In this document: positions 46,701-58,013 of the stretch, piece after piece | Layout: the number at the start of each line of letters is the position of its first letter | Numbering within the stretch: the stretch's first letter is position 1 | Assembly (NCBI GenBank): GCA_001724265.1 | Contig: MEDY01000660.1 | Coordinates: 1-64,000, forward strand | Origin: Rhizaria sp. SCN 62-66 | Lineage: Eukaryota | Direction of reading: 5' to 3' | DNA: 64,000 nt | Notes under the pieces: generated by a model | Told to the model about the DNA's origin: nothing | Databases searched by the model: none | The model's input: only the letters and a program-made list of their open reading frames with translations | Translations under genes and position numbers: made by a program

Positions 46701-46727
46701 CTGCACGTGCGATTTGTGCGACGACAT
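43722..46727 (-). CDS. SPB1: pre-rRNA 2'-O-ribose methyltransferase Spb1/FTSJ3
   Basis: LAKQQGYRSRAAFKLIQLN, LDLCAAPGGWLQVA, VLHDGAPNVG, GTFVTKIFRS, ASRQVSAEIFAVC, and the Spb1 C-terminal DAAYNKYSYNDHDGLPDWFVDEE..VDSRMKSD. Stop is TGA. Confidence 0.96.
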   Translation of the reverse strand: MSSHKSHVQKRREKFYQLAKQQGYRSRAAFKLIQLNKKFNFLANSKACLDLCAAPGGWLQVAAKYMPVSSLLIGIDLLPIRPLPNVITLVEDITTQSCRAAIKKKLQSWQVDLVLHDGAPNVGGGGTWAKDAFVQVELVLHSLKLASEFLCEGGTFVTKIFRSADYMALIWVLKQFFRRVDVTRPVASRQVSAEIFAVCQGYLAPKKIDPKLFDPTVVFRPTTVASDQAAAKSATGLFGQSHQKRPNRSGYSSDKLALHEVLPVSEFINAENPTTVLARANVLEWDPEAEVYRKHRATTPEISELFKDIKVLGTSDFGQLIRWHKKMHRFKNELQYEIAMAEAAEAAARAAAAGASAADALVEQTAEEIAANEKAAKDLELNALFEKLDTRKKREKKKRHEEKMKEIRRLALNVNSQKDSDANADDGVFRMRAMGSDDVAKALRAHGRAVDDTDGEKLGGMDAAKFREIITTNQLLDEAQVSSGAEEDEDEDEEEEEDISDTERRVREQERSVSYLYDEYKKRRNIVDKKKDKRVLGLDSDEFATALVGGGSAAGAGTSKNGPVKLDSDDDGEAGEDSSEDDAARPRSDALQRARDHVAQGRNKLSQLSEGASETAAVRAERWFSQGAFADVDLGLSGDDNDDDDDDSDEERAAALARARAALSAHTAKLAKDKSLGAKGAAALAAAAGAAATSRTKRPATATASSVSDDEDEEEDGGFEVAPATAASNGAGAAPMSRRRAAQMAPSDSDDTDTTDDEDTREARSRWLGSAEEQVKQDAKRAKALMAAQAARGKANSEAFGDAPLSDYSDDSDARAEILAMGTKMLRKKERNAMVDAAYNKYSYNDHDGLPDWFVDEENQHNKAQLPITKAEVEAVKQQLKDIDARSMRKVAESSARKKKKALRMLERAKIQANSIIAQSDVGADEKMRQIEKLYQGARKQQRMKPAREYVVNARGQNAKTAKMKTKGMGKTIKVHVDSRMKSDKLGKKREAWRKAHPKKR

Positions 46728-47335
46728 GGTGGTCCTTGCACTGCAACAGGGAGTGAGTGCGAGCAGCCGAGAAGAGAGAGCAAGGAGTGAGAAAGTGGAC
46801 ACACAAAGCGACGTAGAAATAGGGGGAAACAAGCGCGTTTAGGGCTGTAAAAGGAAAAGTAGATATAACACACCAGCGAACTGCTATTAAAAAGCCCATA
46901 TAGTATTCTGACGTTAGCATTATGGCTAATTCGGCATTGTCCGTAGTCGATTGACACGGACGGCGCAGCCCACTTTGCGGCCTGACTTTCGTCCCACAGT
47001 CACCAAATCGACTGGCGCCTACTAGAAGCAACTGGAAGGACTGGCCAGTCCAGTCGGTCGACCGACTCTGCACTTTGACAAGAAATATGAAGAGAGTAAT
47101 CAAGGCAAGTGACTTGAAAAATAAAATAAAATGTGTTGGTAGATGTAAATAAAATCTAGGAAACTGTATTATTTCAGTACAGCAGCTGTTGTCTGCTCTG
47201 TACTGCGTGTTTGTTCTTGCGACATTCCGCGCTCCTCTTCTTCACTTAAAAATACTTTCTGGATTACCAATATATACTGAGTACGACTGCTGCCATTCGA
47301 AACGATCGCAGCGATGTGTGTTCCAATCTGAATAC

Positions 47336-48442
47336 TTACTCGGCGGCGGCAGCGGGCTCGGCGGCGAGGAGGTCGGCGTAGATGATGCCGAGCTTCTTCT
47401 TGAACTCAATCAGCGCGTCGCGGAACATCGTCTCCGGTGTGATCTGCCCCGCGCTCTCGATGGAGAAGATGTAGTGCTCGCGCACGCGGCGCAGCTTGAT
47501 GCGCTTCTCGCGCTCCGGCTCGCGCACGCACTCGCGGCAGACGGTGCAGTCGCGCGGGCGCGCCGCCACGGCCTGTGGGCCGTTGCCCAGATCCTCGATG
47601 TCGAAGACGTTCATCGGGCACAGCGCCTTGAGCGCCTGCGCCTCGGCGCCGTAAAAGGGCTCCGTGAAGGACACGTCGGGCAGCTGGCGGTAGAAAACGG
47701 TGGCGGCGGGGGACCACTTGGCGTGGTCGCGGCCAATGCCCTTGACGACGTGGAGCTCGGCCTCGATGCTCTGTCCGGGGCGCAGCTTGGCGAGGATGAT
47801 GTCGTCGTGCACGGGCGCGATGGGCTCGGCCGCGAACTTCTCCGCCTGCGCGCCCTGCGGCACCCACTTAAGCGCGTTCGAGTACACGACGCCGTTGATG
47901 TAGGCCTGCGCGGGGGGCGCAGAGGGCGCCGCCTTGGGGTTGCGCGCGCAGGCGACTTCGAGCGTGAAGACGGTGGTGTTGTCCTCGGTGGCCTCGCCGT
48001 TGCACTCAGAGACATACTTGAACTTGTGCGGGTCGGCGTTGATGGGGATGAGGCCCAAGCGGTGCGCGAGCACTTCGTCCTGGATGAGGCTTGTGTTCTG
48101 GAACAGGATCACCTTCTCGATCGCCATCGTCGGCACGTCCGAGATGAGGATGCGACGCAGCGCGTTGGCGATGGGCGCACCGACGCCAACCATGTCAAAC
48201 ACCATCTTCTCGTCGCTCTTCTCAATCACGGTAATCTTGAACTTCTTCTTGAAGTCCTCGAGCGTGAACGAGTTGTCAAAGTCGACGGCGCGGAACGCAT
48301 CGGGGTCCTCGGCCGCGTTGGTGTGGTCGAGGTGGGTCGAGTGAACGAAGACCTTGTCGCGGATCTCCTGCAGGTGCGCCGGGAGCACGCCGGAGGCGTC
48401 CGCGGAAGAGGTGGACTTGGTCGACTTCTTGCTCTTGCTCAT
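47336..48442 (-). CDS. POLR1C: RNA polymerase I/III shared subunit RPAC1 (AC40)
   Basis: IANALRRILISDVPTMAIEKV, NTSLIQDEVLAHRLGLIPI, DIILAKLRPGQ, KGIGRDHAKWSP, CPMNVFDIED, RDCTVCREC, HYIFSIESAG. Stop is TAA. Confidence 0.97.
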   Translation of the reverse strand: MSKSKKSTKSTSSADASGVLPAHLQEIRDKVFVHSTHLDHTNAAEDPDAFRAVDFDNSFTLEDFKKKFKITVIEKSDEKMVFDMVGVGAPIANALRRILISDVPTMAIEKVILFQNTSLIQDEVLAHRLGLIPINADPHKFKYVSECNGEATEDNTTVFTLEVACARNPKAAPSAPPAQAYINGVVYSNALKWVPQGAQAEKFAAEPIAPVHDDIILAKLRPGQSIEAELHVVKGIGRDHAKWSPAATVFYRQLPDVSFTEPFYGAEAQALKALCPMNVFDIEDLGNGPQAVAARPRDCTVCRECVREPEREKRIKLRRVREHYIFSIESAGQITPETMFRDALIEFKKKLGIIYADLLAAEPAAAAE

Positions 48443-48964
48443 ACGCAGTCAAGGAAGGCCCAAGGAAAAGGGCTCGGGCTGTAAACAGGGGCTGGGCGCA
48501 CGGGCAGAAAGGGTGGTCGGGTCGGAAGAGAGCTGTTTCGGGCAACACGCAACAGGGCAAAAGAAGATATTTGAAAATAAGCCCTACATATATAACATAC
48601 TTAATTGCATGAACTGTCGCAAAATGTTATAAAAATCGTTCTGCACGATGAAATGACCTGCATATGGGACAATTCCCGTGTCGTCTCGGTTCGCAGCGAG
48701 CGCTCCAGACCGAGGACAAAGTTAAGCCGCTGGGCACCGACTGACCACAAGCAGCTTCTGTCAAGTCACAGAGTAATCACTAGAAAATTGCACTAAACCA
48801 AATGCACCACTCGAAGGCCAAGCTATTATCAAATAAAAATGGGCATATGTATCTATTTTAACACTTGTCTACCGCATATAGAGGCACAATAAACAATCTA
48901 GGTCTAATTCAGAGATACAACGGGGGATTCTGAAAAGCACAGCGACACGACGACGACGCAGTAT

Positions 48965-51900
48965 TTAGAACCAGAGGAAGCCTGACTTCTCGGACGTATC
49001 CCTGTTCTGCGCGCCCGCGCTGCCCTTAACGGGGCTGGAGTTAACCGCGCCGCCCGCGCTCTCGACCTCGTGCAGCGGCCTCGCGTGCGCGCCGACAACG
49101 GGCGAGCTTAACAGCGCGAAGGTGGCCCAGGTGCCCACCTCGATCTTGCTGTGCAAGCGCACCAGCGTCTGCGCCATCTCGCCTGCGCCAGTCACGGCGC
49201 TGCCGCTGCCGCTGCTGCTGGCGCCCGCGTTGGCGGGGGACGCGGGATCCGCAGCGGCGCCGGCGCGCGCGACGATCGACTGCCCGCGCCCGCGCAGGCC
49301 GTTGTTGCCGCCAGCAGCACCCGCACCAGAGCGGAGCCCGCCGACGCCGGCGCCGGCACCGTTGGCCGCAGCCGAATTATAGCGATCGAGCCCGGCGCAA
49401 AGCGGGCACTCCTCGCCCGCCGCCGCGGCGGCCGTCGCCGCCGCCGCGCCGGCGCCGGTGGCGGCCGACTGTGCGAAGCCGCGCGCGCAGTCTGCGTGCC
49501 ACGAGTGGCCGCACGCGTGTACGTGCGCGAGCCCGCCACGGCGCCGCAGCAGCGGGCCGAACAGCGGGCCCGTGCAGCCCTGGCAGCGGCACCCCGCGGC
49601 GGGACCCAGCGCGCGCGCCTGCGCCCGCACGCGGGTCCGCAACAGCCGCGCGCGGTCCTCCGCGAGCAGGCCCAGTGCGGCGCCCAGGTTGCGGCCCTCG
49701 AAGGCGCAGGAGGACAGCATGTCGGTCAGCGAGGCGCGGAAGGGCCCCACGGCGTCGCCCGCGTGGTCGGCTGTGAGCTTCGTGAGCAGCGCGCGCACCG
49801 TGACGTGCCCGTCCATGCCCAGCAGCGCCTGCTGCACCGACCGCGACAGGTGCCATGACAGCAACTGCGACACGGCGGCCAGTGCCGCGCGCGACAGAGA
49901 CGTCGGCAGCCCCGTCGCCGGGTTCACGCCCGCGGCGGCGGCAGAGGCGGCGGCCGCGGAGGCGCCGCGGGCCGCGGGCTTGGCGTCATGAAGCGAAACG
50001 GACAGGCCGAGAGCGGCCAGCGCGGCGGGCGCGGCGTTGCTCGAGTTACCGCCGGCCAGCGCGGGGTCGATCGACTGCGCCTGCGCGTACAGGTGCACGA
50101 GCCCGTCGAGCAGCGCAAACCAGAGGCGTTCTGCGTCCGGCGTGCGCGCGCACAGCGCGGTGCACTGCCCCACGGCGGCGTCGAGCGTGCGCGTGAGATC
50201 GCGCGGCGTCAGCGCCAGCAGCGGCTGCAGCGCCAGCGGGGCCGCGGCCACGGCGGCGTCCACGGCGTCGGCCACGGGCACGGGCGCTGCAGCGGAGCCA
50301 GCGGCGCGCGCGGGCGAGGGGCCGACGGTGGAGAGCTGGCCCGCGGCGATGAGCTCGCGCGCGGCGGCGCCGAGCACGCCCTGCGGCGCAGCGGCGGCAG
50401 TCTGCAGCCCGCCGTCAGGCTTCGGCTGCTGTTGCTGCTGCTGTGCGTCAGAGGCGAGCGCAGCGGCGATGAGCAGCGCGCGCTCGAGCGACTCGCCGGC
50501 GCCCGCGGCGTGGGCGCGCAGCGCGCGCGCGGCGGCCTGGACGGAGCCGAGGTGCAGCCCCAGTGCGGCGGCGACGTCGCCGGTGCGCTCGAGCAGGTAG
50601 GCAGACGCGTCGGCGATGTTGTGTTGCTGACACAGGCGCAGCACGGTGTCGATGTTGTAGCTGTGGTGTGCGAGCAGGTGCGGCAGCACCTTGGCGGGCG
50701 CGTGCACACACAGCAAACGCACGAACTGCTCGTTGAGCTTGGGCGTGAACGGCACACCCGTGGCCTCGAGCAGCTCCGTCAGCGCGGGCTGCGTGTTGCC
50801 GACGCTGAAGGCGGCCATTTCACTCAACGCGCGAGATGTCTTGCCAGTCACCGGCGACAGCATCGGCGCATCCGCAGGAGCACCGGCGGCGGCCGTTGCG
50901 GCGGCAGCAGCAGCGGCCGTCGCGGAGGGCGGAGCACCGGGGGTCGCGTAGGCGTTGTTGCGCGCCGTGGTGGCCATGAACTCGCGCGCCGCCATGAGCG
51001 ACGACAGGTACAGGAACAGCGCCAGGGGGTGGCCCTCGAGCGCCTCGATCACGCGATCGTGCTCGTGCGCCAGGTGCAGCAGCGCAACGCGCGCCGCGCC
51101 GCCGGGGCAGATGCGCACCAGCGAGACGAGGTGGCCCAGCAGTAGCGCGCGCCGGTCGCGGCCGCGGGAGCGCTGCGACAGCGGCTCGCGGGCAAGGTAC
51201 TCGAACAGGTCGCCAGCAAGCCGTGCAGCGCGCGCGCTCAGCACGGGCGCGACGGGCGGCGCGGCGGTCGCAGCGTTGTTGTTTGCATTGTTGTTATTAG
51301 CATTGCTACTGTTCGCGGGTCCGGCGCGGCCGGTCATTGAGGGCGGCAGGAAGGCTGCGTTGAGCGGGTGGAACGACGACTGCGTGCCCTGGTCCTCGAC
51401 GTCGGCGGCGACAACGGCGGCGACGCTGGCGCTGATAACCTTGTCGTAGTCGCGCGCGAGCGTGTACACGACCAGCCCCACGCGAGGCAGCCGCGCGGCC
51501 TCGACCGCGGCCAACACCACGGGCGACGCCGCCACGGACGGCGGCGCGGCGGAGAGGAGCAGGATCGCCTCGTCCTCGCGCTGCTTCAGCGCGTCCGCCT
51601 CGGACACGGCGGCGCTCGCGGCACCGGCAGAGGGCTCCCAGGCAGGCGAGCATGCGAAAAGCACGAGCGCGTGCGCGAGCGCGGGCGGCGCGTCGGCCAG
51701 CGGCACCGCGCGGAGCCGCACGAAGACCTCATACGTGAACGCCAGCGCGGCGAGCGTGCTCGCGGCGGGCCACGGCGCCGCGGCGGCCACGGCGGCGGCC
51801 GAGCCGGGCAGCGGCAGCGCGCCCGCCACGGGGGCTGGCGGCAGCGATGCGCGCAGCAGGGCGACAGCGCGCTCGGCGGCAGCCGCGCTGGCGCCGGCGG

Positions 51901-54900
51901 CGGCGGCGGCGGAAGCTGCGCGGGCGCCAGCGTTGTTCGCGGCGCTGGCGCTGCTGCTCGCGGCACAGGCCGGCACCAGCGAGCGCGAGAGACCCAGCGC
52001 GCGCGACACCGCGGCCAGGTCGTCCCCGGCAGCGGCGGCGGCGGCGGCGGCGGCGGGAGTGCCCTGGGCGAGCGAGAGAGCGGGCGGGAGCGCCGAGGTC
52101 GAGGCGCGCAGCAGCGGGGACCCGGCGGCGGAGTGCGCGGACGCCTGCGGCAGCCCGGTCACGGCGGCCACGATCGCGGCGGCAGACATCTGCTCGCCCG
52201 TCGGGCTGTTACCGTTGCCCGCGGCCACGCTCGCGAGCGTCGGGGCGCGGGGCGCGAAGCCGGCGACGAGGGCGACGTGCGGCGCCACCGCGGCCGCGGC
52301 GGCCACGACAGTGGGCTCGGCGAGCGGGCCGACTGACGCGCGCAAAGAGCCGACGCTGCCGGCAGATCCCGAGCCGCTGGCGCCGAAAGAGCCCGGCTTC
52401 GCAGGCGAACCAATGGGGCCGAAGCGCGGGGTCCGGGCGCTACCACTGCCGGCAGCAGCGCTCGAGCCAGAGCTCGAGCTAGAGCTGCTTCCCCTTGCAG
52501 AAGAGTCCGCCGTCGTGGCGTTGCCTGCAGTAGCGCCGCTGGCGGGGTCGGCGTCGCAGGCGGCAGGCGACGGCATGCGCAGGTTCGCGAGCCCCATCGC
52601 GGATAGCACGGAGAAGACCAGCGCGCGCACGGTCGGCGCGCCGGCCGCGAGGACCTGCGCCAGCGGCACGGCCACAGTCTCGGGCAACGAGTCCGCGCTG
52701 GGGCCCGCTGAGGCGGCCGCGGCAGCGAGGTCGGGCCCGCCCGTGGACACGGCCGGGACGGTGCGCGGGTACAGCAGCGAGGCCGGCGCGGCGGCGCGCG
52801 CGGCGGGTACCGGCGTGAACGCGTACGACGGGTCGCTGACCCAGCCCAGCGCGGCGGCGCCGGCCACGCCCGCGGGCGCCGCGGCGTCGATGGTGGCGAG
52901 CGCGGACCACGAAAGCGGCACGGGCGGCACGAAGCCGGGCAGCACCGAGGCGCCGGCGGGCACCGCGGGGGCGTCGGTGGCCTCGGCCGCGGCCACCACG
53001 GACAGCAGCAGCGCCAGGACGTCGGGCGCGGCGAGACGAAGCGCGAGGGACAGGTACGGGAACGGCCCGCCGGGCAACAGTGGCGCGTTGGACGCGGGCG
53101 CGCCCGTGGGGCCGTCGCAGTAGCTCACCGCGGGCGCCAGCGCGGGCGTGCGCTCGCACAGAAGCGCGAGAACCTGCGCGCGCGCGTGCGCGAGCGCGAG
53201 CGCGGGCGCGGCGCGGGACGGCGGCGCGATGACCGGCCCGCGCGGCTCCACGGCGTTCGAGAAGACGGCGGTGAGCGCGGTGAGCTGTGCGACAGTCGGA
53301 AGCGCGGGCGCGGGAGCCGCGGCGGCGGCGGCGAGCTGAGACTGCGGCAGCAGCGGGCGGCAGACGTACAGAGGCACGGCGCCGGGCCCCGCGAAGGGGA
53401 CGCCGTTGACCGAGGCCGGCTGCGACAGCACGGCGGGATCGCCCGTCACCGCGGCGGCCGCGGCGGCGGAGGCGAGCGCCCAGGGCGCAAAGCCCGGGAA
53501 CATGCGGCCCGAGAGGACCGCGGCCAGGAAGGCCAGCGCGCGTGACAGCACGTTGAGCACGCGCGCGGCCGGCGCGTCCTCGCTCAGCGCCAGCAGCGGC
53601 GCGGTCTCGCCCACAGCGTTGGCGTTGTTGCTGTTATTCGCGATGATGGCGGAAACGGGGTTGAGCGCAAGCAGCACGGCGCGCAGCACCTCGGCGAGGC
53701 CGGTGCGGTAGTCGCCCACGGCGCGCGCAGGCAGCGCGGCGACGGCGGCGGCGAGCCCAGCGCGGCGGGCCAGCGCGAGGAGATGAGGCAGGTCGAGCGC
53801 CCAGACGTGGAGCGAGAGCAGCAGACGCTCCAGCTGCGCGGGCCGCGGCGGCTGCAGCGCCAGCGTCGCGCTAGGACTCACGCCCCCGGAGCTGGCGCCG
53901 CCGGGTGCGCCGACGAGCTTGAGCGCGGCCGTCTCGAGCAGCGCGCGGTCCGCCTGCGGCAGTGCGCCCGCGGAAAGGTACGGCAGCAGCACAGCCTGCA
54001 GCGCCGCCATCGCCGCGGGGCCCGCCTTGGCAAACGTGGGCGCGACGAGACACAGAAGCACGTCGTAGCGGCCCACGCGCACCGCGAAGTCGGCGGCCGC
54101 GGCGGCGATCGTCGTGTACGCGCGCACGTCATCGGCGCTCGCGGGCGCGGACCCGGGGGCAGTGGCGGCCGCGGCGGCCGCGGCGGTCGCGGTAGCCAGC
54201 TCTGCGGGCACAGGACACGTCAGTGCGGCCGCAACACCCGCGCTGGAGCCAGCGCCGCCCCCGAGCGCGGCCGCGGCGGCAGAGGCGGCGGCGGCGGCAG
54301 CGGCGGCGGCGGCGGCGGTGGACGACGGCAGCGCGGCGCGGCGGCGGTCCGACAGGTGGCGCAACGACACGTGCACAAACTGCAGCAAGATGTCGACGAC
54401 GCGGTCCGCCAGCACCGCGCGCAGCGCGCGGCGTGAGCGCGGAAGCCCGACGGGGGCCTTGGCGGCACCGTCGTAAAAGTCGAGCGTGAGCGCGAGCGCG
54501 TCGATCCAGTCCTGCTCGGCGACGAGCGCGACGCGGTCGCCCCAGGCAAGCACGCGCGCGTCGAGCAGCCCCGTGAGCGTGGCGAGCACGAGTGACGAGT
54601 CGCAGCCGCGCACGGCGGGCGCGTAGCTCTTGACGCGCGCAATGCCGCGCTGCTCGGCCGCCGGGAGCGACTGCTGGCGACGCAGCTCCGCGCGGGCCGC
54701 TTCGGGCGACGACGCCACGGTCTGGTCAGGGAAAAACTCGTGGCAGAGCAGCGCGGTGCCAACGGGCAGCGCGAGCGTCTCGATGGGCTGCATCTGCGCG
54801 GGATCAATGGCGACGAGCTGGTTGCGATCAGTCACGGCCACTAGCAGCTGTCCGCCCTGCCAGTGCAACGACACCACGTCGCGGTCCAGGATCACCGCGC

Positions 54901-57402
54901 CCAGCGGGATCAGCCGCAGAGGGACGCCCTCGGCGACGACGCCCGCCGTGGCGGCGCCGGCGCCTACCTCACCCGCGGGCGCGAGCGCGAAAAGCTGCAC
55001 GTGGCCGCCGCGGCCCACGGCCAGCAGCGGGTGCTGCGCCAGCGCCGTCTCCACCGTAAGTGCGGCCACGTCGTCGGCGGACTGCGCCATCGGCACCGGC
55101 ACGGGCGCCGTGGGAGCTGCCGCGGGCGCGGCGGCAAAGGGCGCGAAGAAGGAGGCGAACGCGGAGCTCGCGGAGGTGGACGGACTGGGGTTGCTCCCGC
55201 CGGGGCCCGCGGGGCCGCCGGGAGGGGGTGGCGAGCGCAGGCCTGAGGCCGCGGCAGCCGCGGCGGCGCGGGATGCGGCGGCCGTGGTGGCGGCGTCCGC
55301 GCCGGCGGCGGCGGCAGCGGCGCCCGCGGCGGCCCCCGCGGCGGCGGCCTCCTTGTCGCGCGCGCGCACGGGTCGCCATGCTAAGGAGACGGGGGATCCG
55401 GGACGCGCGGCGGCGTCGCGCGGCACGCGGCAGATGATCTTGACGACAGGCTCGAGCGCGATCAGCAGCGCCATCGTTTCGGTCGCGATCGCAACCAGCG
55501 CGAAGGCGTCGGACGCGTGCGGCGCCGCGGGGGACGCGACAAGCGCGTCCGCGGCGAGCACGTAGCCGGCCTTGCCTTGGATGAGGCACTGATACTGGTG
55601 GGTCCAGGAGAAGGCGAAGAAGGACTTGCTGGCCGTGACCGCCGAGACGGAGCCCTCTGCGTTGACGGCGATGAAATCGACCTTGCCACGCTTGCCACAG
55701 ACGACAGCCGTCACCGGCGAAGTGCCCAGCTCGGTGACCACGCGCAGCAGGGACTTGCCGGCGATGTCCCACAGCACGATGTGGCCGTTCTGGTGGCCCG
55801 CCAGCACGTAGTCGCCGTCAGGAGTGACCGTGAGCGCCGTCACGGCGCCACGCGCGGCGCCGTCGGGCGTGTTGGGCCGCTGCAGCACCGCAGTGACGGT
55901 CTGGAAGTGGTCAAACACGAGCATATGCCCGCGCGACGTGCCGGCCACGATGACGTGCGCGTGCGTCGCCACGCACGTCACGACACCCAGCGCCGCCTTG
56001 GCGCGCTCCAGCTCCGCCGACGACCGGTCCAGCCGCGCCAGCTTGAGAACCGAGACGCCGACGCGCGCGCCGCCCGTGGCGCCGCGGCGGCGCGTCACCG
56101 GCGTGAACGCCGTCGCGGGCGCAGGCGCGGCAGCGGCGCGCACCTCGCGCAGAGCGGCCGCAGCAAGTGTCAGCGGCGTGGGCAGCGTGGCCAGCAGCGC
56201 CTCAACGTCCTCGTCCTCGCGGAGGATCGACGACACGGTGGCCGCGTTGGCGGCGGCGGCGGCGGCAGCGGCGGCGGCCGCGGCCGCGGTGGTCGCAGCG
56301 TTGGTGCTGCTGCTGAGTGCGGACACCGCGGTGGGCGGGCTTAGCGGCAGCGGACCCGACGCGGCCTCGGCCGCAATGGCGTCCGCGGCAGTGGCGCCCG
56401 TGCTGGCTCCCACACCGGCAGCGGCAGTGGCAGCAGCAGCAGCAGCGGCTGCAGCAGGGGCGCCGGTTCTAGCGCCAGCGGCGTTGATGTGAGCGTTTCT
56501 ACCGGCACCGGCGCCGGGGACAACGGGTGAGGTAAGGAACGCGTCGACCGACATCGACGGAGTGCGCTCGCCGAGCGGAGCGGGCCGCCATGAAACCGGC
56601 ACGGACGCGGCGGCCGCGGCGGCCACGGCGGCGGCGGCGTCCGAGGGGTACTTATCCCCGCCGTCGTCTTCGCCGTCGTTGTCGCCGTTCGCGTCCCCAT
56701 CAGCGGCGCTGCTGCTGTTGAGAATGGCGGAGACCGAGACGCCGCGCGGCAGAGGCAGATTGGCTGAGCCGGCGTCGGAGTCTGCGTCTGCGTCTGCGTC
56801 CCCGTCATCACCGTCATTGCCGCCGTCGCCGTCGCCGTCGTCGTCGTCATCGCCGGGGCGCGCGCGGGGACCGGGAATTACAAGCGCGGTGTTGGCGGCG
56901 GCACCGGTGCCGCCGGGCGCGGCTGCGGCTGCGTGGGCCGCAGTGCTGGTCGTGGTTGTGATAGTTGTGATAGTGGTGATGGTGGGGACTTCGGCGCCGT
57001 GGAAGTTGTCGTCGTCCTCGTCGTCGGTCAGGGCGGCGGCGCGCTCAGACTGGGCATGCAGCGCGGACTGCAAGTCACCGGGCTGTGTGTCGCAAAAAGG
57101 GTCGCAGACAAGAAAGGGAGAGAGTGAGAGAGCATAAGCAGGAGATAAGGAGCGAGCGAAGCAGGCAGCAGAGGCGTTAGGCTAAAGCGGAAGACGCGCA
57201 GAGAGGTGGGAAGGCAAAGTATAGCAGACGCAAATAAACGCGGAGATTAAGAGGAGGAAGGAAAACGTACGAGTTCGTCTGCGTCGTCTTCGGCAAGAAT
57301 GGCGTTGACGTCGAGCCCGGCGAGCGCGGTGCCATCGACAGCGGTGTCGTCGAGCTCATGTTCGGCCAAGATGGCGTTCAGATCCTCCTGTGAAGAAGAC
57401 AT
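48965..57402 (-). CDS. VPS8: Vacuolar protein sorting-associated protein 8 (CORVET subunit); exons 57402-57271 and 57082-48965, about 2749 aa
   Basis: WD40 region (IVAGTSRGHMLVFD, AVTALTVTPDGDYVLAGHQNGHIVLWDI), Vps8-like WIDALALTLDFYDG, clathrin-like repeat (FVRLLCVHAPAKVL..ASAYLLERTGD), ERLWFALLD and a C-terminal RING (CQGC..CGHSWHADC..CPLC). Stop is TAA. Confidence 0.88.
57083..57270 (-). other. Intron of VPS8 (phase 0)
   Basis: CTC|GTACGT donor, long pyrimidine tract, CACAG acceptor; joins exon MSSSQEDLNAILAEHEL...DEL in frame. Confidence 0.85.
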
Positions 57403-58013
57403 GATGTTGCGCGCGCAGAAAAGCGGGCCGGCGGAACGCCGAGAAGGGCAGACAGGCTGGGGAAAAGCGTTGGGAAGGTGGAAATGAAAGGGGCCTCACC
57501 ACTGGCAAAGATATGTGATGCTGGGAGTGGGCGAGTCGAGCGGGTCACGAGGGAGCCCCGAGCGAGGTCTATGATCCGTGTGGAGAAATGCGAATAGAAT
57601 AACCAAAAGTGTCTGTAGTGTGAGTATATGTTCATTGAATTATAGCCCTTGCAGACGCAGTTAAGGCATGGATCGTCTTCTTTTTCTACCTCTGACAAGA
57701 GGTCGAAGAAGGTAAGCCGTCCGTCTGGCGGAGCCCGAGTGGTGGCTGGTGGGGAGTAGAGTGTAGAGAGCTTCGAATAGCAGAGCTTGTCTGCAAAGAC
57801 TCCGTTGTTAGCATTATAACTGTTTGATTGGGGTCTTTTTTGTTCTTTTCGATTGTTGTAGCTTATTATTTTTCTCTCAAATCTTATGCATCCCATGTCG
57901 CCTGCTCCCCTCTGCGCCCGTCTAGTGCCCAACCCTGACAGCCGTCGCACCTCGCAGCACACCCCGCGCTACCTTTTACTCAATCCCAGCTTTTCCAGCG
58001 CTCCGCCTGTGGC

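Noticed and set aside
43737-46790. 1017-aa antisense ORF over SPB1, and similar shadow ORFs (13465-16293, 1696-3645, 47189-48484, 24730-26481)
   Set aside because: Expected from GC-rich codon usage, which removes stops from the antisense frames. No recognisable domains, and each overlaps a well-supported gene.
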